This document shows positions 39,010-49,140 of a DNA stretch of 64,000 nucleotides, piece by piece. The notes beneath the pieces were generated by a model, which worked only from the letters and a program-made list of their open reading frames with translations, was not told the origin of the DNA and did not search any database. Position 1 is the first letter of the stretch. Each line of letters begins with the position of its first letter. The position numbers and the translations under genes were made by a program. The DNA lies in NCBI GenBank assembly GCA_023382265.1, contig JAMCPX010000047.1, forward strand, positions 25,310-89,309, in the 5' to 3' direction. This stretch comes from Deltaproteobacteria bacterium. GTDB taxonomy: Bacteria > JAMCPX01.

Positions 39010-40692
39010 ATGTTAGATAGTAATATGACATCAGATAATCAACAAAATAGAGAAATAAGAGAAATGATGAGAGAGAGCGTTAAGTCTATTAAATCCGGAG
39101 ATATTGTCAAGGGTAGAGTTATAAGTATAATGCATGACGGGGTTACAGTTGATATAGGATACAAGGCCGATGGTTTTGTCTCAAAAGAAGAAGTTTTTGA
39201 TGCAAAGGGTAATTGTAAGGTCAAGGTAGGGGATGAAATAGAAGTACTTATACAGAATGAGGATAAAAAAAACAATACTATTCATCTATCGAAACAAAAG
39301 GCAGAGAAGGCAAGGGCACTTGAAAATGTTGTTAAGGTATTTGCAAATTCAACGCCGATACATGGTGAAGTGATCTCCAAAACCAAGGGTGGATTGATAG
39401 TAGATATCGGGGCTGAGGCGTTTCTCCCATGGTCTCAAATTGACATTAAGCCGGTTAAATCCCTTGATAGCTATGTTGGCCGACACATAAAGGCGATCAT
39501 TATAAACTATGAACCAAAGAATAATAACATTGTACTGTCAAGAAAACAACTTCTTGAGCGCGAAAAAGACGAACAGGAAAAAAGGTGGAAAGAGTTTGTA
39601 AAAGAAGGGAATATTGTAGAAGGAATTGTAAGAACCATAATGGATTACGGTGCATTCGTGGAGGTAGAAGGTAAAGACGGGCTTCTTCATATATCCGATA
39701 TTACATGGGGGAGAATAAAACATCCATCAGAATTTTTAAAGACAGGCATGAAGCTCAAATTGAAGGTACTAAAAAATGATCTTCAATCGGGTAAACTGGC
39801 GCTTGGCTTAAAGCAAATAGAAGAAGACCCATGGCTTAGAGCGTCGGAAGATTTTAAGGAAGGGAGTAAGGTTTCAGGCAAAGTGGTTAATATAACCGAT
39901 TTTGGTGTTTTTATCGAATTAAAATCAGGGATAGACGGCCTTATTCATAAAACAGATCTGTCATGGGAAAGAAAACTAAAGCATCCAAGCAAATATGTAT
40001 CGATAGGGGATCGTATAGAGGCAATTGTTCTAAATGTTGATCAACAGGGTAAAAAGATAGCATTGGGTTTTAAACAGTTACAACTGAACCCATGGGAAGA
40101 GATTGTAGAAAGATACCAGATCGGGACAAAAGTAAACGGCAAGATTAAAAATATTACGGATTTTGGTATGTTCGTGGAGGTAGAGAAAGGCATTGAAGGA
40201 CTGGTCCACATAGACGACATTACATGGAGTAAAAAGACAAAAGAACCTTTAGCCGTTTATAAAAAAGGCGATGAGGTTGAGGTAATCGTATTAAGTGTAG
40301 ATAAGAATAATCAAAAGTTATCACTTGGCGTGAAACAATTAAAACAGGATCCATGGAAGAATATAACGAAAAAATACAAAAAAGGAGATGTTCTAAAAGG
40401 AGAGATTACCGGCAAAGCAGAGTTCGGCATTTTTGTAGAAATAGAAGACGGTGTTGAAGGACTGATTCATATATCAGAATTGGCAGATGTCAAGCCTTAT
40501 GATGTTTATAACGTGGGTGATAGTATAGAATGTACAGTACTGAATGTTGATGAAATGAATCGTAAGATATCTCTTGGGCTAAAACTTCTTGCAAAACAGA
40601 AAGAGAGAATAATTATAAAAGAGTATATTAAAACAGGTGAAGAAAGTGTTTCAAGTATAGGTGAATTAATAAAGCTTAAAAATAACAAATAA
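39010..40692 (+). CDS. rpsA: 30S ribosomal protein S1
   Basis: 560 aa; six S1 domains. Confidence 0.9.
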   Translation: MLDSNMTSDNQQNREIREMMRESVKSIKSGDIVKGRVISIMHDGVTVDIGYKADGFVSKEEVFDAKGNCKVKVGDEIEVLIQNEDKKNNTIHLSKQKAEKARALENVVKVFANSTPIHGEVISKTKGGLIVDIGAEAFLPWSQIDIKPVKSLDSYVGRHIKAIIINYEPKNNNIVLSRKQLLEREKDEQEKRWKEFVKEGNIVEGIVRTIMDYGAFVEVEGKDGLLHISDITWGRIKHPSEFLKTGMKLKLKVLKNDLQSGKLALGLKQIEEDPWLRASEDFKEGSKVSGKVVNITDFGVFIELKSGIDGLIHKTDLSWERKLKHPSKYVSIGDRIEAIVLNVDQQGKKIALGFKQLQLNPWEEIVERYQIGTKVNGKIKNITDFGMFVEVEKGIEGLVHIDDITWSKKTKEPLAVYKKGDEVEVIVLSVDKNNQKLSLGVKQLKQDPWKNITKKYKKGDVLKGEITGKAEFGIFVEIEDGVEGLIHISELADVKPYDVYNVGDSIECTVLNVDEMNRKISLGLKLLAKQKERIIIKEYIKTGEESVSSIGELIKLKNNK

Positions 40693-40703
40693 AGGATCAT
40701 TTT

Positions 40704-41612
40704 ATGGAAAGGAAAACTGCAAACGTAATAGGAATAGTGCTTTTAATTGTTGTTGTAATATCATTTCTCTTATCCATCTTTTTCAGCATTAGAGAACAGA
40801 ATATTACTTCAATATCACCTGAATCCATTTTTCAATCTTCCAATAGAATCGGTATTGTTGAAGTAAGAGGGGTTATCAGCGAACCAAGACCGATTATAAA
40901 ACAGCTTGAAGGTTTTTATAAGGATAACAGCATTCGGGCGATTGTTATAAGAATAGATTCACCCGGAGGCGCGGTGGCGGCAGCGCAGGAGATATACGAC
41001 GAGATTTTAAGGGTAAAAAAGAAAAAGGTGGTAATCGTATCTATGGGAACTGTAGCTGCATCCGGTGGTTACTATATCGCATGTGCGGCAAATAAGATTG
41101 TAGCTGACCCTGGAACTATAACCGGCAGCATTGGTGTTATAATGGAATTTTTTGATATAGGCGGCTTATTGAAATGGGCAAAGATAAAAAGCGAGGTAGT
41201 AAAAAGCGGGAAATTCAAGGATACCGGTTCTCCCTTCAGGGCAATGCGACCTGATGAAAAAGCATACCTGCAGTCCGTAATTGATGATGTGCTTGTACAA
41301 TTTAAAACCGTTGTTTCCAATGATCGCCATATATCCATGAGTAAGATAGATAAGATAGCTAACGGCAGAATATTTGCAGGGGATCAGGCGCTAAAACTTG
41401 GGCTCATTGATAAACTCGGCGGTTTTCAAACGGCTGTTGATCTCGCAGCAAAACTTAGCGGGATTAAAGGAGAACCAAAACTTGTATACCCTTCCCAACC
41501 GAGAAAAGGTTTTTATGATTTGTTAAGCAATAAGATCGCAAATCTGATCGAAGAAAAACTTACAGAACAGGACATTTATAAGTTTGGATATATACTTAAT
41601 TTCCCAAAGTAG
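40704..41612 (+). CDS. sppA: Signal peptide peptidase SppA (36K type)
   Basis: N-terminal TM; 'GTVAASGGYYIACAANKIVADPGTITGSIGV' ClpP/crotonase-fold serine protease motif. Confidence 0.85.
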   Translation: MERKTANVIGIVLLIVVVISFLLSIFFSIREQNITSISPESIFQSSNRIGIVEVRGVISEPRPIIKQLEGFYKDNSIRAIVIRIDSPGGAVAAAQEIYDEILRVKKKKVVIVSMGTVAASGGYYIACAANKIVADPGTITGSIGVIMEFFDIGGLLKWAKIKSEVVKSGKFKDTGSPFRAMRPDEKAYLQSVIDDVLVQFKTVVSNDRHISMSKIDKIANGRIFAGDQALKLGLIDKLGGFQTAVDLAAKLSGIKGEPKLVYPSQPRKGFYDLLSNKIANLIEEKLTEQDIYKFGYILNFPK

Positions 41613-41623
41613 GAGAAATTGTT

Positions 41624-41908
41624 ATGAAAAAAAGTGAACTAATTATAAGGCTTGCAGAACGATTCCCCCATATTGCCAAGAGTGATATGGAAAAAATAGT
41701 TAACATCATAATAGATAAAGTAATAGAAGCGTTAGAAAACAATGACAGGGTTGAAATAAGAGGATTCGGCAGCTTATTTGTAAAATATAGACGGGCAAGA
41801 GAGGCGCGTAATCCTAAAACAGGTCAACGCGTGATGATAGAAGATAAGTATGTGCCTTTTTTTAAAGTCGGCAAAGAATTAAAAGAACTTATAAATAAAA
41901 ATGGATAG
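41624..41908 (+). CDS. ihfB: Integration host factor beta subunit (HU/IHF family)
   Basis: 'RVEIRGFGSLFVKYRRAREARNPKTGQRVMIEDKYVPFFKVGKEL' closely parallels E. coli IhfB; conserved rpsA-ihfB synteny. Confidence 0.8.
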   Translation: MKKSELIIRLAERFPHIAKSDMEKIVNIIIDKVIEALENNDRVEIRGFGSLFVKYRRAREARNPKTGQRVMIEDKYVPFFKVGKELKELINKNG

Positions 41909-42404
41909 GTTGTGGGCGCCATGGCGTATTAATTATATACTTGATGGTGCAAATATGGAAGGTAAAAATGAGTGTATATTCTGTATTTATCCTTCGGAAG
42001 GACAGGATAAGGATGCGTCAAGCCTTATTATTTATAGGAGTAGGCTTTCTTTTATTATCATGAACCGCTATCCTTATAACACGGGGCATATAATGGTGGC
42101 ACCCTACAGGCATGTAGCAAACTTTGACGAGCTTTTCCCGGAAGAGCTTGAAGATATAACTATGAATATCCAGCTTGGAATAAAGGCTGTTAAACGCAGG
42201 TTAACTCCATCGGGTTTCAATATAGGGATAAATCAGGGAAAGATTGCCGGAGCAGGAATAAAAGATCATATTCATGTTCACATAGTGCCGAGATGGGATG
42301 GTGATACAAATTTTATGCCTGTAATAAATGATACAAAGGTACTACCTGAATCTATAAGTGATACGTATAAAAAAATAAGGGCAGGTATGGATGAAGTTAT
42401 TTAA
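41901..42404 (+). CDS. HIT family protein
   Basis: Histidine triad 'HIHVHIVPR'; 8-bp overlap with ihfB. Confidence 0.7.
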   Translation: MDRLWAPWRINYILDGANMEGKNECIFCIYPSEGQDKDASSLIIYRSRLSFIIMNRYPYNTGHIMVAPYRHVANFDELFPEELEDITMNIQLGIKAVKRRLTPSGFNIGINQGKIAGAGIKDHIHVHIVPRWDGDTNFMPVINDTKVLPESISDTYKKIRAGMDEVI

Positions 42405-42702
42405 GCAATTCATTATAATTTTATTGGTTGTATTATTTTTTATTACGTTCTTTCAGAATTATGATAAACTCAGTAAAGAGGTTTCTTTCCAATTTAGTCT
42501 GTACTTTATTAGATGGGGTACCACACCATTTCCCCTATGGCTCATAATACTTATATCTTTTGCAATTGGATATTTGATTGCATTTATATTTAATGTTTCA
42601 CACATAGTGACCCACAAAAATAAGATAAGAGCGCTTAATAGAGCACTAAAAGAAAAAGATGACGCTATCATAAAACAGGATTTAGATAAGCAAAACAAAT
42701 AG
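42391..42702 (+). CDS. LapA-domain (DUF1049-like) inner-membrane protein
   Basis: 103 aa; two TM helices followed by Lys/Asp-rich coiled-coil tail. Confidence 0.45.
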   Translation: MKLFKQFIIILLVVLFFITFFQNYDKLSKEVSFQFSLYFIRWGTTPFPLWLIILISFAIGYLIAFIFNVSHIVTHKNKIRALNRALKEKDDAIIKQDLDKQNK

Positions 42703-42753
42703 CATATTCACGTACCTCATTGTTACATCCTGGGTTGATATATATAGAAAAGG

Positions 42754-43416
42754 CTATGATGCTTTAAAAATTTGCTGAACATTCTCTATCTTTTCTTTGT
42801 TTACAATCGCTATGACCTTATCGTTGTCATAAAAGACGGTTTCTCCCTTTGGGATGATGGTTTTTTCTCCTCTATAAATTGAAACAATTATGACACCCTC
42901 TGGAAAGCCGATATCTTTTATTTTTTTGTCAATAACTCCTGCCCCTTTTTTGACATCAAGTTGCACAAGCTCCACATTCCCGCCTTTTAAGGGGAATAGG
43001 GGAACAACAACATCACCTGCCTGAACCTGTTCTTCGATAAGATAATTGAGTATCCTCGTAGAGTTAATCGTAGCATCAACACCTATACTTTGAAAGATTA
43101 CCTCATTGGCAGGGTCAGAAATTCTTGATATGGTTCTTGGTGTCATAAACATAAGTTTTGTAAGCTGGCATACAACAAGGTTGGTTGCATCGTCTCCTGT
43201 AAGTGCAAGAACAACATCAGCCCTGTTTGCGCCTGCTGCCTTTAAAACCGAAGCATTTGCACCATTCCCGAATATAATCGAATCACCATAGGTTTCTGAC
43301 AGTTCTGCTACCTTTGATTTGTTGTTATCTATTATGGTAACCTCATGTTTTGCGGACAAAAGGGTTTTTGCAAGGTTTGTACCAGCTTTACTTGCTCCGA
43401 CTATTATAATGTACAT
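42754..43416 (-). CDS. TrkA/KtrA-like RCK protein (RCK_N + RCK_C)
   Basis: 'IIIVGASKAGTNLA' NAD-binding RCK_N; C-terminal TrkA-C domain. Confidence 0.8.
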   Translation of the reverse strand: MYIIIVGASKAGTNLAKTLLSAKHEVTIIDNNKSKVAELSETYGDSIIFGNGANASVLKAAGANRADVVLALTGDDATNLVVCQLTKLMFMTPRTISRISDPANEVIFQSIGVDATINSTRILNYLIEEQVQAGDVVVPLFPLKGGNVELVQLDVKKGAGVIDKKIKDIGFPEGVIIVSIYRGEKTIIPKGETVFYDNDKVIAIVNKEKIENVQQIFKAS

Positions 43417-43427
43417 ATTCCCTCCTG

Positions 43428-43826
43428 TTATATTCCAAGCATTTTTGCAAGGGTGCTAATCGTTAGGCTTGTAGGACATACGATTTCCATACCAAGTTCT
43501 GAGTAAATTGTTGCAAGGTTTGTATCAAACAGACGTGTTACAACCCTTGTAGTTTTATCTATTAACCTTATCTTTTGTGATATTAGTATATTTGTATAAT
43601 CATCACCCGTTACAACCATTACAATATCGGCGGGTTTTCTGAATGCGTCTCTCAATACCTTTTCGTCTGTTGCATTCCCCACAAGAAACTCAACTCCTTC
43701 TCTATTCTCTATATAGATAAATTTACTTTCTGTTTGTTCAACTACGAGTATATTGTCTCCGTGCTTCACAAATATATCCACAAGTTTTGAACCAAGTCGC
43801 CCTGTACCTATTATTACTATTCTCAT
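43428..43826 (-). CDS. TrkA-N (RCK_N) domain protein
   Basis: 'MRIVIIGTGRLGSKL' Rossmann; 132 aa, no RCK_C. Confidence 0.75.
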   Translation of the reverse strand: MRIVIIGTGRLGSKLVDIFVKHGDNILVVEQTESKFIYIENREGVEFLVGNATDEKVLRDAFRKPADIVMVVTGDDYTNILISQKIRLIDKTTRVVTRLFDTNLATIYSELGMEIVCPTSLTISTLAKMLGI

Positions 43827-44387
43827 TTATGACTCCTCTCCCGGTAGTTTATCTATTATGACCTCACACGGTGCTTTTCTTAACACAGTATCGGATGTCC
43901 TGCCATGAATGTTCTCCTTAAGACCGACATGCTGTCTTATTCCCATAACAATAACATCGGCATCCTTTTCCTGAGCTATTTTTACAATCTCTTCGCCTGC
44001 TGATCTTGATCTTAATATCACAGATTCACTTTTCATCTTATGAAGGACTGCGAGATCCACCGCATGCTTTATTGCTTCCTCTGCCTTTTTGTCCTCTTCT
44101 TCCATCCTTGCATTTAACGGTAATGTTCTTGGTACCTCGATTACGTAAACAAATATCATTTTAGAATCCTGAATAGTCCCAAGCCTGCTTGCTATCTCAA
44201 CACCTCTTTCAGAGTAATCCATACCCTGAGTCGGAACAACGATGTTTTTTAAAGCTTCTACCTCTATGTGGGCTTTTGCTGCCACATAAGGCACCATAGG
44301 AGGCGCATGCAGCATCCACCAGAGTAAACTGATTATGGATATAAGAAAGACAGTAGCTATTACAAGACCCAGCGGGGACTGGATCAT
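43827..44387 (-). CDS. Universal stress protein (UspA domain) with N-terminal TM anchor
   Basis: TM helix then USP alpha/beta domain; stop adjacent to the TrkA-N start. Confidence 0.75.
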   Translation of the reverse strand: MIQSPLGLVIATVFLISIISLLWWMLHAPPMVPYVAAKAHIEVEALKNIVVPTQGMDYSERGVEIASRLGTIQDSKMIFVYVIEVPRTLPLNARMEEEDKKAEEAIKHAVDLAVLHKMKSESVILRSRSAGEEIVKIAQEKDADVIVMGIRQHVGLKENIHGRTSDTVLRKAPCEVIIDKLPGEES

Positions 44388-44596
44388 TTTATCCCTCTTA
44401 GATATTTAAGAACATGAAAACTCCTGTACACTCCGAGACATATAAAACTTAACCCTACAATTATGGGCATAAAAACTGGTATGCTGTTCAAAGATCTAAA
44501 TATTATCACTATACCGATTACTATGAACAGTATGCTGTTTATGGCTTTGAATTTATTTAACAGACCCATTTTGTCCATTTTTGATAATCTTTTCAT
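44384..44596 (-). CDS. Small 2-TM membrane protein
   Basis: 70 aa, two hydrophobic helices; overlaps the permease 3' end and the USP start; could be spurious. Confidence 0.3.
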   Translation of the reverse strand: MKRLSKMDKMGLLNKFKAINSILFIVIGIVIIFRSLNSIPVFMPIIVGLSFICLGVYRSFHVLKYLRGIK

Positions 44597-46145
44597 CTCG
44601 TTCTTTTAAAGCAAGCCTGTACGCCTCTGCCAGTTCAAATTCCTCAGCCGACATTAAGACATCCATCTGATGTTTTTCCCAATCCCGTTTTATACTACCG
44701 AATACAGGCATATTATTCTTTTTTCTAAATGCAATGTAGTATATGATTCCAAGTAAAACCCACGCAGGGCCTGCAATTCTACCAATTTTATGCGTCAATA
44801 TAACTTCAAAAAGGACCATGCTTACGCCTAAGAATCCTATTACCCCAAGCACGGGAAACTCCACAACATTACCCTTGTATTTAATTTTTAGGTTGAGTGG
44901 TATTTTATAAGGTCTTGGAGTGTATGGATCCGAGAATCTGAGCTTTATGAGCGATATAAATACAATCATATACCCGAGTGTTGCACCGAATGCATACATA
45001 TTGCCGAGTGTATTCATTGCCTGCGGGGTAAGAAAGGATAGAAGCATCTCAAGTATACCTATGCCTGAGAATACAACTATGGCCCTTACAGGTGTTTTAT
45101 ATTTTGGATGAACTTTGTCCAGCCAATTTGTTAAAAGGCTGAATTCACTCATTGAATATGTAAGCCTTGATACGCTCATAACACCTGAGTTGGCTGATAT
45201 CATGAGGATAGTTGCACCAAGAAGTGCTGTTATAGGGCCTGCTACAAGTCCTACATACGGTATTGCATGTGCTAACGTTGCTATCGGGTCTCCTACGTGT
45301 TGAGCAAACGTCTGCCATGGGAGTATCCCGAGACTTAATGTGGAAAAGGCTGTTGCAAAAATAAATACCGTAAATATGAGTGTGATGGATGTCCTTGGTA
45401 TAATGGTTGCAGGTCTTTTCGTCTCTTGTGCTGCCTGAGATATGGATTCAAGCCCCACAAATGATATTATGGCAAGTGATGAGCCGTACATAAAATTATG
45501 CAGCGTTGGGAATGACAAATGCCATTGCTGAGCAAGTATAGCGGGTTTCCATGCGAACAAAAAACCAAATACGATTACGGAAGACTCTGTTGCGATATCA
45601 ACAGCTCCTATTACTTCATTAAACAATGAAGATTCTTTTATCCCCTTTATGTTAAGCCAGATTAAAAATATTATAAAGAATAAAGATTCTAAAAGCCATA
45701 AATAATCTATGTGTAACGGCCCGAGATTAAACATAAAACTACCCGGATGTATACCAAAAAACGGCAGAAAGAAATTTATATATCCAGCCGATGCTACTGC
45801 AAATAATGCGATATCGATCGTATAATCGAGTAAAAGGGCAACGCCAGTAACAAATCCCCAGAAATCTCCTAACCCCCTGAGTGTAAAGTAATGTCCTCCG
45901 CCTGCAACAGGGTATGTTGCCGCAAGCTCCGTATAAGCAAGCCCTATCATGATGTAAACAATACCTGCTACTGCAAAAGCAAGTGATGCTGCACCCTGAG
46001 CCGCTGCAATAACAAGACCGAGCGCAGCATAAATATCAGCCCCTACATCGGCATAACCCCACATGTAAGAGCCCCATACGGTAACATCTCTTCTAAGTTC
46101 CGGGACAGGCTGTTCTGATAAGTGTGTAGTGGTATCGTTAGCCAT
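44553..46145 (-). CDS. APC-superfamily permease (amino acid permease-like)
   Basis: 530 aa, ~12 TM; 'ELAATYPVAGGGHYF' APC signature. Confidence 0.85.
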   Translation of the reverse strand: MANDTTTHLSEQPVPELRRDVTVWGSYMWGYADVGADIYAALGLVIAAAQGAASLAFAVAGIVYIMIGLAYTELAATYPVAGGGHYFTLRGLGDFWGFVTGVALLLDYTIDIALFAVASAGYINFFLPFFGIHPGSFMFNLGPLHIDYLWLLESLFFIIFLIWLNIKGIKESSLFNEVIGAVDIATESSVIVFGFLFAWKPAILAQQWHLSFPTLHNFMYGSSLAIISFVGLESISQAAQETKRPATIIPRTSITLIFTVFIFATAFSTLSLGILPWQTFAQHVGDPIATLAHAIPYVGLVAGPITALLGATILMISANSGVMSVSRLTYSMSEFSLLTNWLDKVHPKYKTPVRAIVVFSGIGILEMLLSFLTPQAMNTLGNMYAFGATLGYMIVFISLIKLRFSDPYTPRPYKIPLNLKIKYKGNVVEFPVLGVIGFLGVSMVLFEVILTHKIGRIAGPAWVLLGIIYYIAFRKKNNMPVFGSIKRDWEKHQMDVLMSAEEFELAEAYRLALKERDEKIIKNGQNGSVK

Positions 46146-46169
46146 TTTAAAGTGACGGTAATTTTTAAA

Positions 46170-46907
46170 CTACTCTTTTGGTTGTGTGAGACTTGATAGG
46201 ATAGTTTTATTCTGCTCGATGTTTGCCTCAGCCGTTACGCCTTTAAGCCATGTATTATAGGATGATTGTGCAATCGCATATCTTAACTGTGAAAAGTTAT
46301 TAAGCATATCAGCAGGATTCTCCAAGGGCTGTTTGGAAATCTTATTCAGTATGTTATATTCGCTGTTTTGCAGGAAGGTGCCATCATAAAAAATCTTTTT
46401 TAATTTGAGTATCAAGATTTCTTCTTTGATATCATTTTGGAATTCTGAAGGCAGGATATTTTGTTCACGCAAAACAGCATAATACAGTCTTGGATCGAAT
46501 TGATGCTCTTTGTTCTGGAATGCTTGAATATGTGCTATCTCTTCTCTTAGCTCCACATTAGTTACTATAAATCCAATAGAACGTGATTTTTCTTTTGCTA
46601 CTTCATTGGATATAAGACTGCTCAATACCTCTTCAGGGATATTCAGCTTTGTGATTTCATCGCGTGTCAGTGTGATCTTTTGTTCTTTTTGGTATGCATT
46701 GATCGTATTCCTATAAGCCCTGTTAAAATTATTGAGTGATATTGCATTATGATTGACCATTGCAACGGTGCCTTCCGAAAGACCGCTACCGCAGCCTCGC
46801 ACTGCTGCGAATATACCACCGAAACCTCCAAGGAAGGTTATCGCCACTATAAAATATAGCACCTTTAATCCCCATGAGCCCGTATGTTTTCTTATTGCGC
46901 TTAACAT
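46170..46907 (-). CDS. SurA N-terminal-domain / PpiD-like periplasmic chaperone fragment (membrane anchored)
   Basis: N-terminus 'MLSAIRKHTGSWGLKVLYFIVAITFLGGFG' resembles PpiD start; 245 aa lacks the PPIase domain. Confidence 0.45.
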   Translation of the reverse strand: MLSAIRKHTGSWGLKVLYFIVAITFLGGFGGIFAAVRGCGSGLSEGTVAMVNHNAISLNNFNRAYRNTINAYQKEQKITLTRDEITKLNIPEEVLSSLISNEVAKEKSRSIGFIVTNVELREEIAHIQAFQNKEHQFDPRLYYAVLREQNILPSEFQNDIKEEILILKLKKIFYDGTFLQNSEYNILNKISKQPLENPADMLNNFSQLRYAIAQSSYNTWLKGVTAEANIEQNKTILSSLTQPKE

Positions 46908-46951
46908 AAGGTATCTTATATATGAGTGTATTTAAAAAAAAGCAAGTAATT

Positions 46952-47545
46952 TTATCCGTTTTTAACAGAATCAATACTACAACTATTCCCTGCAATTTCT
47001 ACAAGCCTTCTAACAAGCCTGTTTGTAAGTCCCCAGATGATGTGTCCCTTATACTCATAGCCGTCCGTAAGAAATTCCGTATTAAGCATTTCTATACGCT
47101 GTTCTCTATAGTTTGCCTCTTTGAGGAGGAACTCAAAAGGTACCGTAAATGCCTCCTTAACCTCTGATTTTTGCAATGTAAACTCAGGGATATCTTTAAG
47201 GATTGCTGCAAATGGTGTTACTATAAAGTTACTTATGATTGCTGAATCATCGTCAAACCTGCCGAGTATCTCAAGTTTGCTTTTGCCTATGCCTATCTCT
47301 TCCTCTGTTTCTCTTAGTGCTGCTTCAATCGGGGTTTCCCCTTTTTCTATTGTACCACCCGGGAAGGATACCTGTCCCGAATGATAACCGATGTCATCCG
47401 CTTTTTTTATGAACAAGAGATGGGTTTTATCTGAGATATTAAGAAAAATGGCAATCACCGCAGCCTTTTTCATATCCTGAGAGATGATCTCTCTGGGCGT
47501 TAAGTGTTTTAGGTTTTCTTTTAATACGTTGATGTAAGTATCCAT
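46952..47545 (-). CDS. NUDIX hydrolase (CoA pyrophosphatase-like)
   Basis: Nudix box 'GGTIEKGETPIEAALRETEEEIGI'. Confidence 0.8.
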   Translation of the reverse strand: MDTYINVLKENLKHLTPREIISQDMKKAAVIAIFLNISDKTHLLFIKKADDIGYHSGQVSFPGGTIEKGETPIEAALRETEEEIGIGKSKLEILGRFDDDSAIISNFIVTPFAAILKDIPEFTLQKSEVKEAFTVPFEFLLKEANYREQRIEMLNTEFLTDGYEYKGHIIWGLTNRLVRRLVEIAGNSCSIDSVKNG

Positions 47546-47650
47546 TATTATAATTTAGTCTAACCGATAGATATAAAGATTTCAACTTTTTAGCCAAAAC
47601 TTACCAATGTCAATTGAGCACAAACTTATATAAGACTCTTTGGACAACAT

Positions 47651-47968
47651 ATGGGTCGACCGAAAAAAAGACAACCCATAAAATACCCTAACTTTTATAA
47701 ACCTTACGATTTAAAGAACCACATTAAATCATTATTAACCATCATGTCCATGGTTGTAAGGGATAACAGTTTATTAAATGAATACTGGGTTGCGGGCTTA
47801 ACCATGTTTGCTGCTGCCACAGGCAGATTTGATAGCGCGTACAAGTCCCATCATTATGGGATTCGCATACAGCATATAGCTGACCGAGATCTGTATAAAG
47901 CATATAATGAAAGGCTGGATCCTGCATTGCAATGTATGGCAGTATTACAGGCAGAGAGACCCCTATAA
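47651..47968 (+). CDS. Hypothetical protein
   Basis: 105-aa ORF, no similarity recognised; may be non-coding. Confidence 0.2.
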   Translation: MGRPKKRQPIKYPNFYKPYDLKNHIKSLLTIMSMVVRDNSLLNEYWVAGLTMFAAATGRFDSAYKSHHYGIRIQHIADRDLYKAYNERLDPALQCMAVLQAERPL

Positions 47969-48071
47969 ATGTTGTGTATGTCTGTGTAAGTATATAAACT
48001 CCATCTGTTGTTATCGGACATCCAGGGCATACTGTTGATGTAAAATGTAGTCTATCTTCACGTTTGTAATA

Positions 48072-48452
48072 TTATTGATTATACCACCATGTGGATTGTG
48101 GAATATCAGCCTCTATCGCAAAAACATTCCCTTCCCCATCAGCATAGTTCTGAACAACAGGTAACAGTGACCTTAATGGAACTGGATTGTTAAATAATGC
48201 GTAAAGATCTTCACCAATGGCATCTGGTACTTGTTGTATAAGTGAGGCGCTCACCGTTGAAACAAAAAAGTTAAGGTCAGACGGCTTAATTATACGCGGC
48301 TCCTCATTATTAAGGTTACCAATTATCTTACCAAGAAAATCATCCAATGCACCTGCAAATGCTCTATTCATGCTTGAGCCTATCACTATTGTACCATCAG
48401 TTTGAGGGAAACCAATCATCATTATAAACGGACTTATATAATTATCAATCAT
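48072..48452 (-). CDS. Hypothetical protein (126 aa), translationally coupled to upstream gene
   Basis: ATGATTGA start/stop overlap with 48445..49131; no signal peptide; no recognisable domain. Confidence 0.45.
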   Translation of the reverse strand: MIDNYISPFIMMIGFPQTDGTIVIGSSMNRAFAGALDDFLGKIIGNLNNEEPRIIKPSDLNFFVSTVSASLIQQVPDAIGEDLYALFNNPVPLRSLLPVVQNYADGEGNVFAIEADIPQSTWWYNQ

Positions 48453-49131
48453 GCAATAACGGTTCTACACAATTAACTGTCTGCGTTGAATCTGTAATAT
48501 AGCACCCAAAATGGATTGTATCAGATGTTACCGGCTCTCCAACTATGAAGCCATTATGATTATTATCAAAATACGCAATAACCTTGTTAATATTATTGTC
48601 CTCTGCAATGAGGGCATTCCCCATCCCCTGCATGGACTGAAGCATACCTGTTATATCGGTCTTAACATCGGTAAAGTATTGAGCACCGGATGCGTCAGGA
48701 ATTGTGCTGAATGAGAGAAAGTCAGGACAGTTGTAAACAATGTTTCCCATTGCTCTGAATACCGCAAGAGGGGCATACTGAAGCTGGGTACTATTCAAGC
48801 CTCCTATCCAGGATAAAAGCGGAGAGAGTACGCAATTGGTATCGTAATTATATGATGAAAGTAGATCAATAATTGCCTTTAATACATAAGCGGTTGAGCT
48901 TATAGCCTTTGCCTCCGGCAAACCCCATTGCCTGCCGAGAACAAGGTTGAGAGATATTTGCGGGACAGAAGGCATTAAAAGCTTTAATACACTCATATCG
49001 GGCTGAATATGGAGGGGAAGGGTATCAAGGGTAAAGCCACAGTTGTGTTGCTCAATGAATGTGGTGTGTGTAAGAATCAGCGATATATCAGAGGTGATAC
49101 CGGTAAACTGTACTGCTACGTTGTCAGCCAT
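48445..49131 (-). CDS. Hypothetical protein (228 aa)
   Basis: No signal peptide or known motif; part of the minus-strand operon 52384->48072. Confidence 0.45.
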   Translation of the reverse strand: MADNVAVQFTGITSDISLILTHTTFIEQHNCGFTLDTLPLHIQPDMSVLKLLMPSVPQISLNLVLGRQWGLPEAKAISSTAYVLKAIIDLLSSYNYDTNCVLSPLLSWIGGLNSTQLQYAPLAVFRAMGNIVYNCPDFLSFSTIPDASGAQYFTDVKTDITGMLQSMQGMGNALIAEDNNINKVIAYFDNNHNGFIVGEPVTSDTIHFGCYITDSTQTVNCVEPLLHD

Positions 49132-49140
49132 AACACCTCT

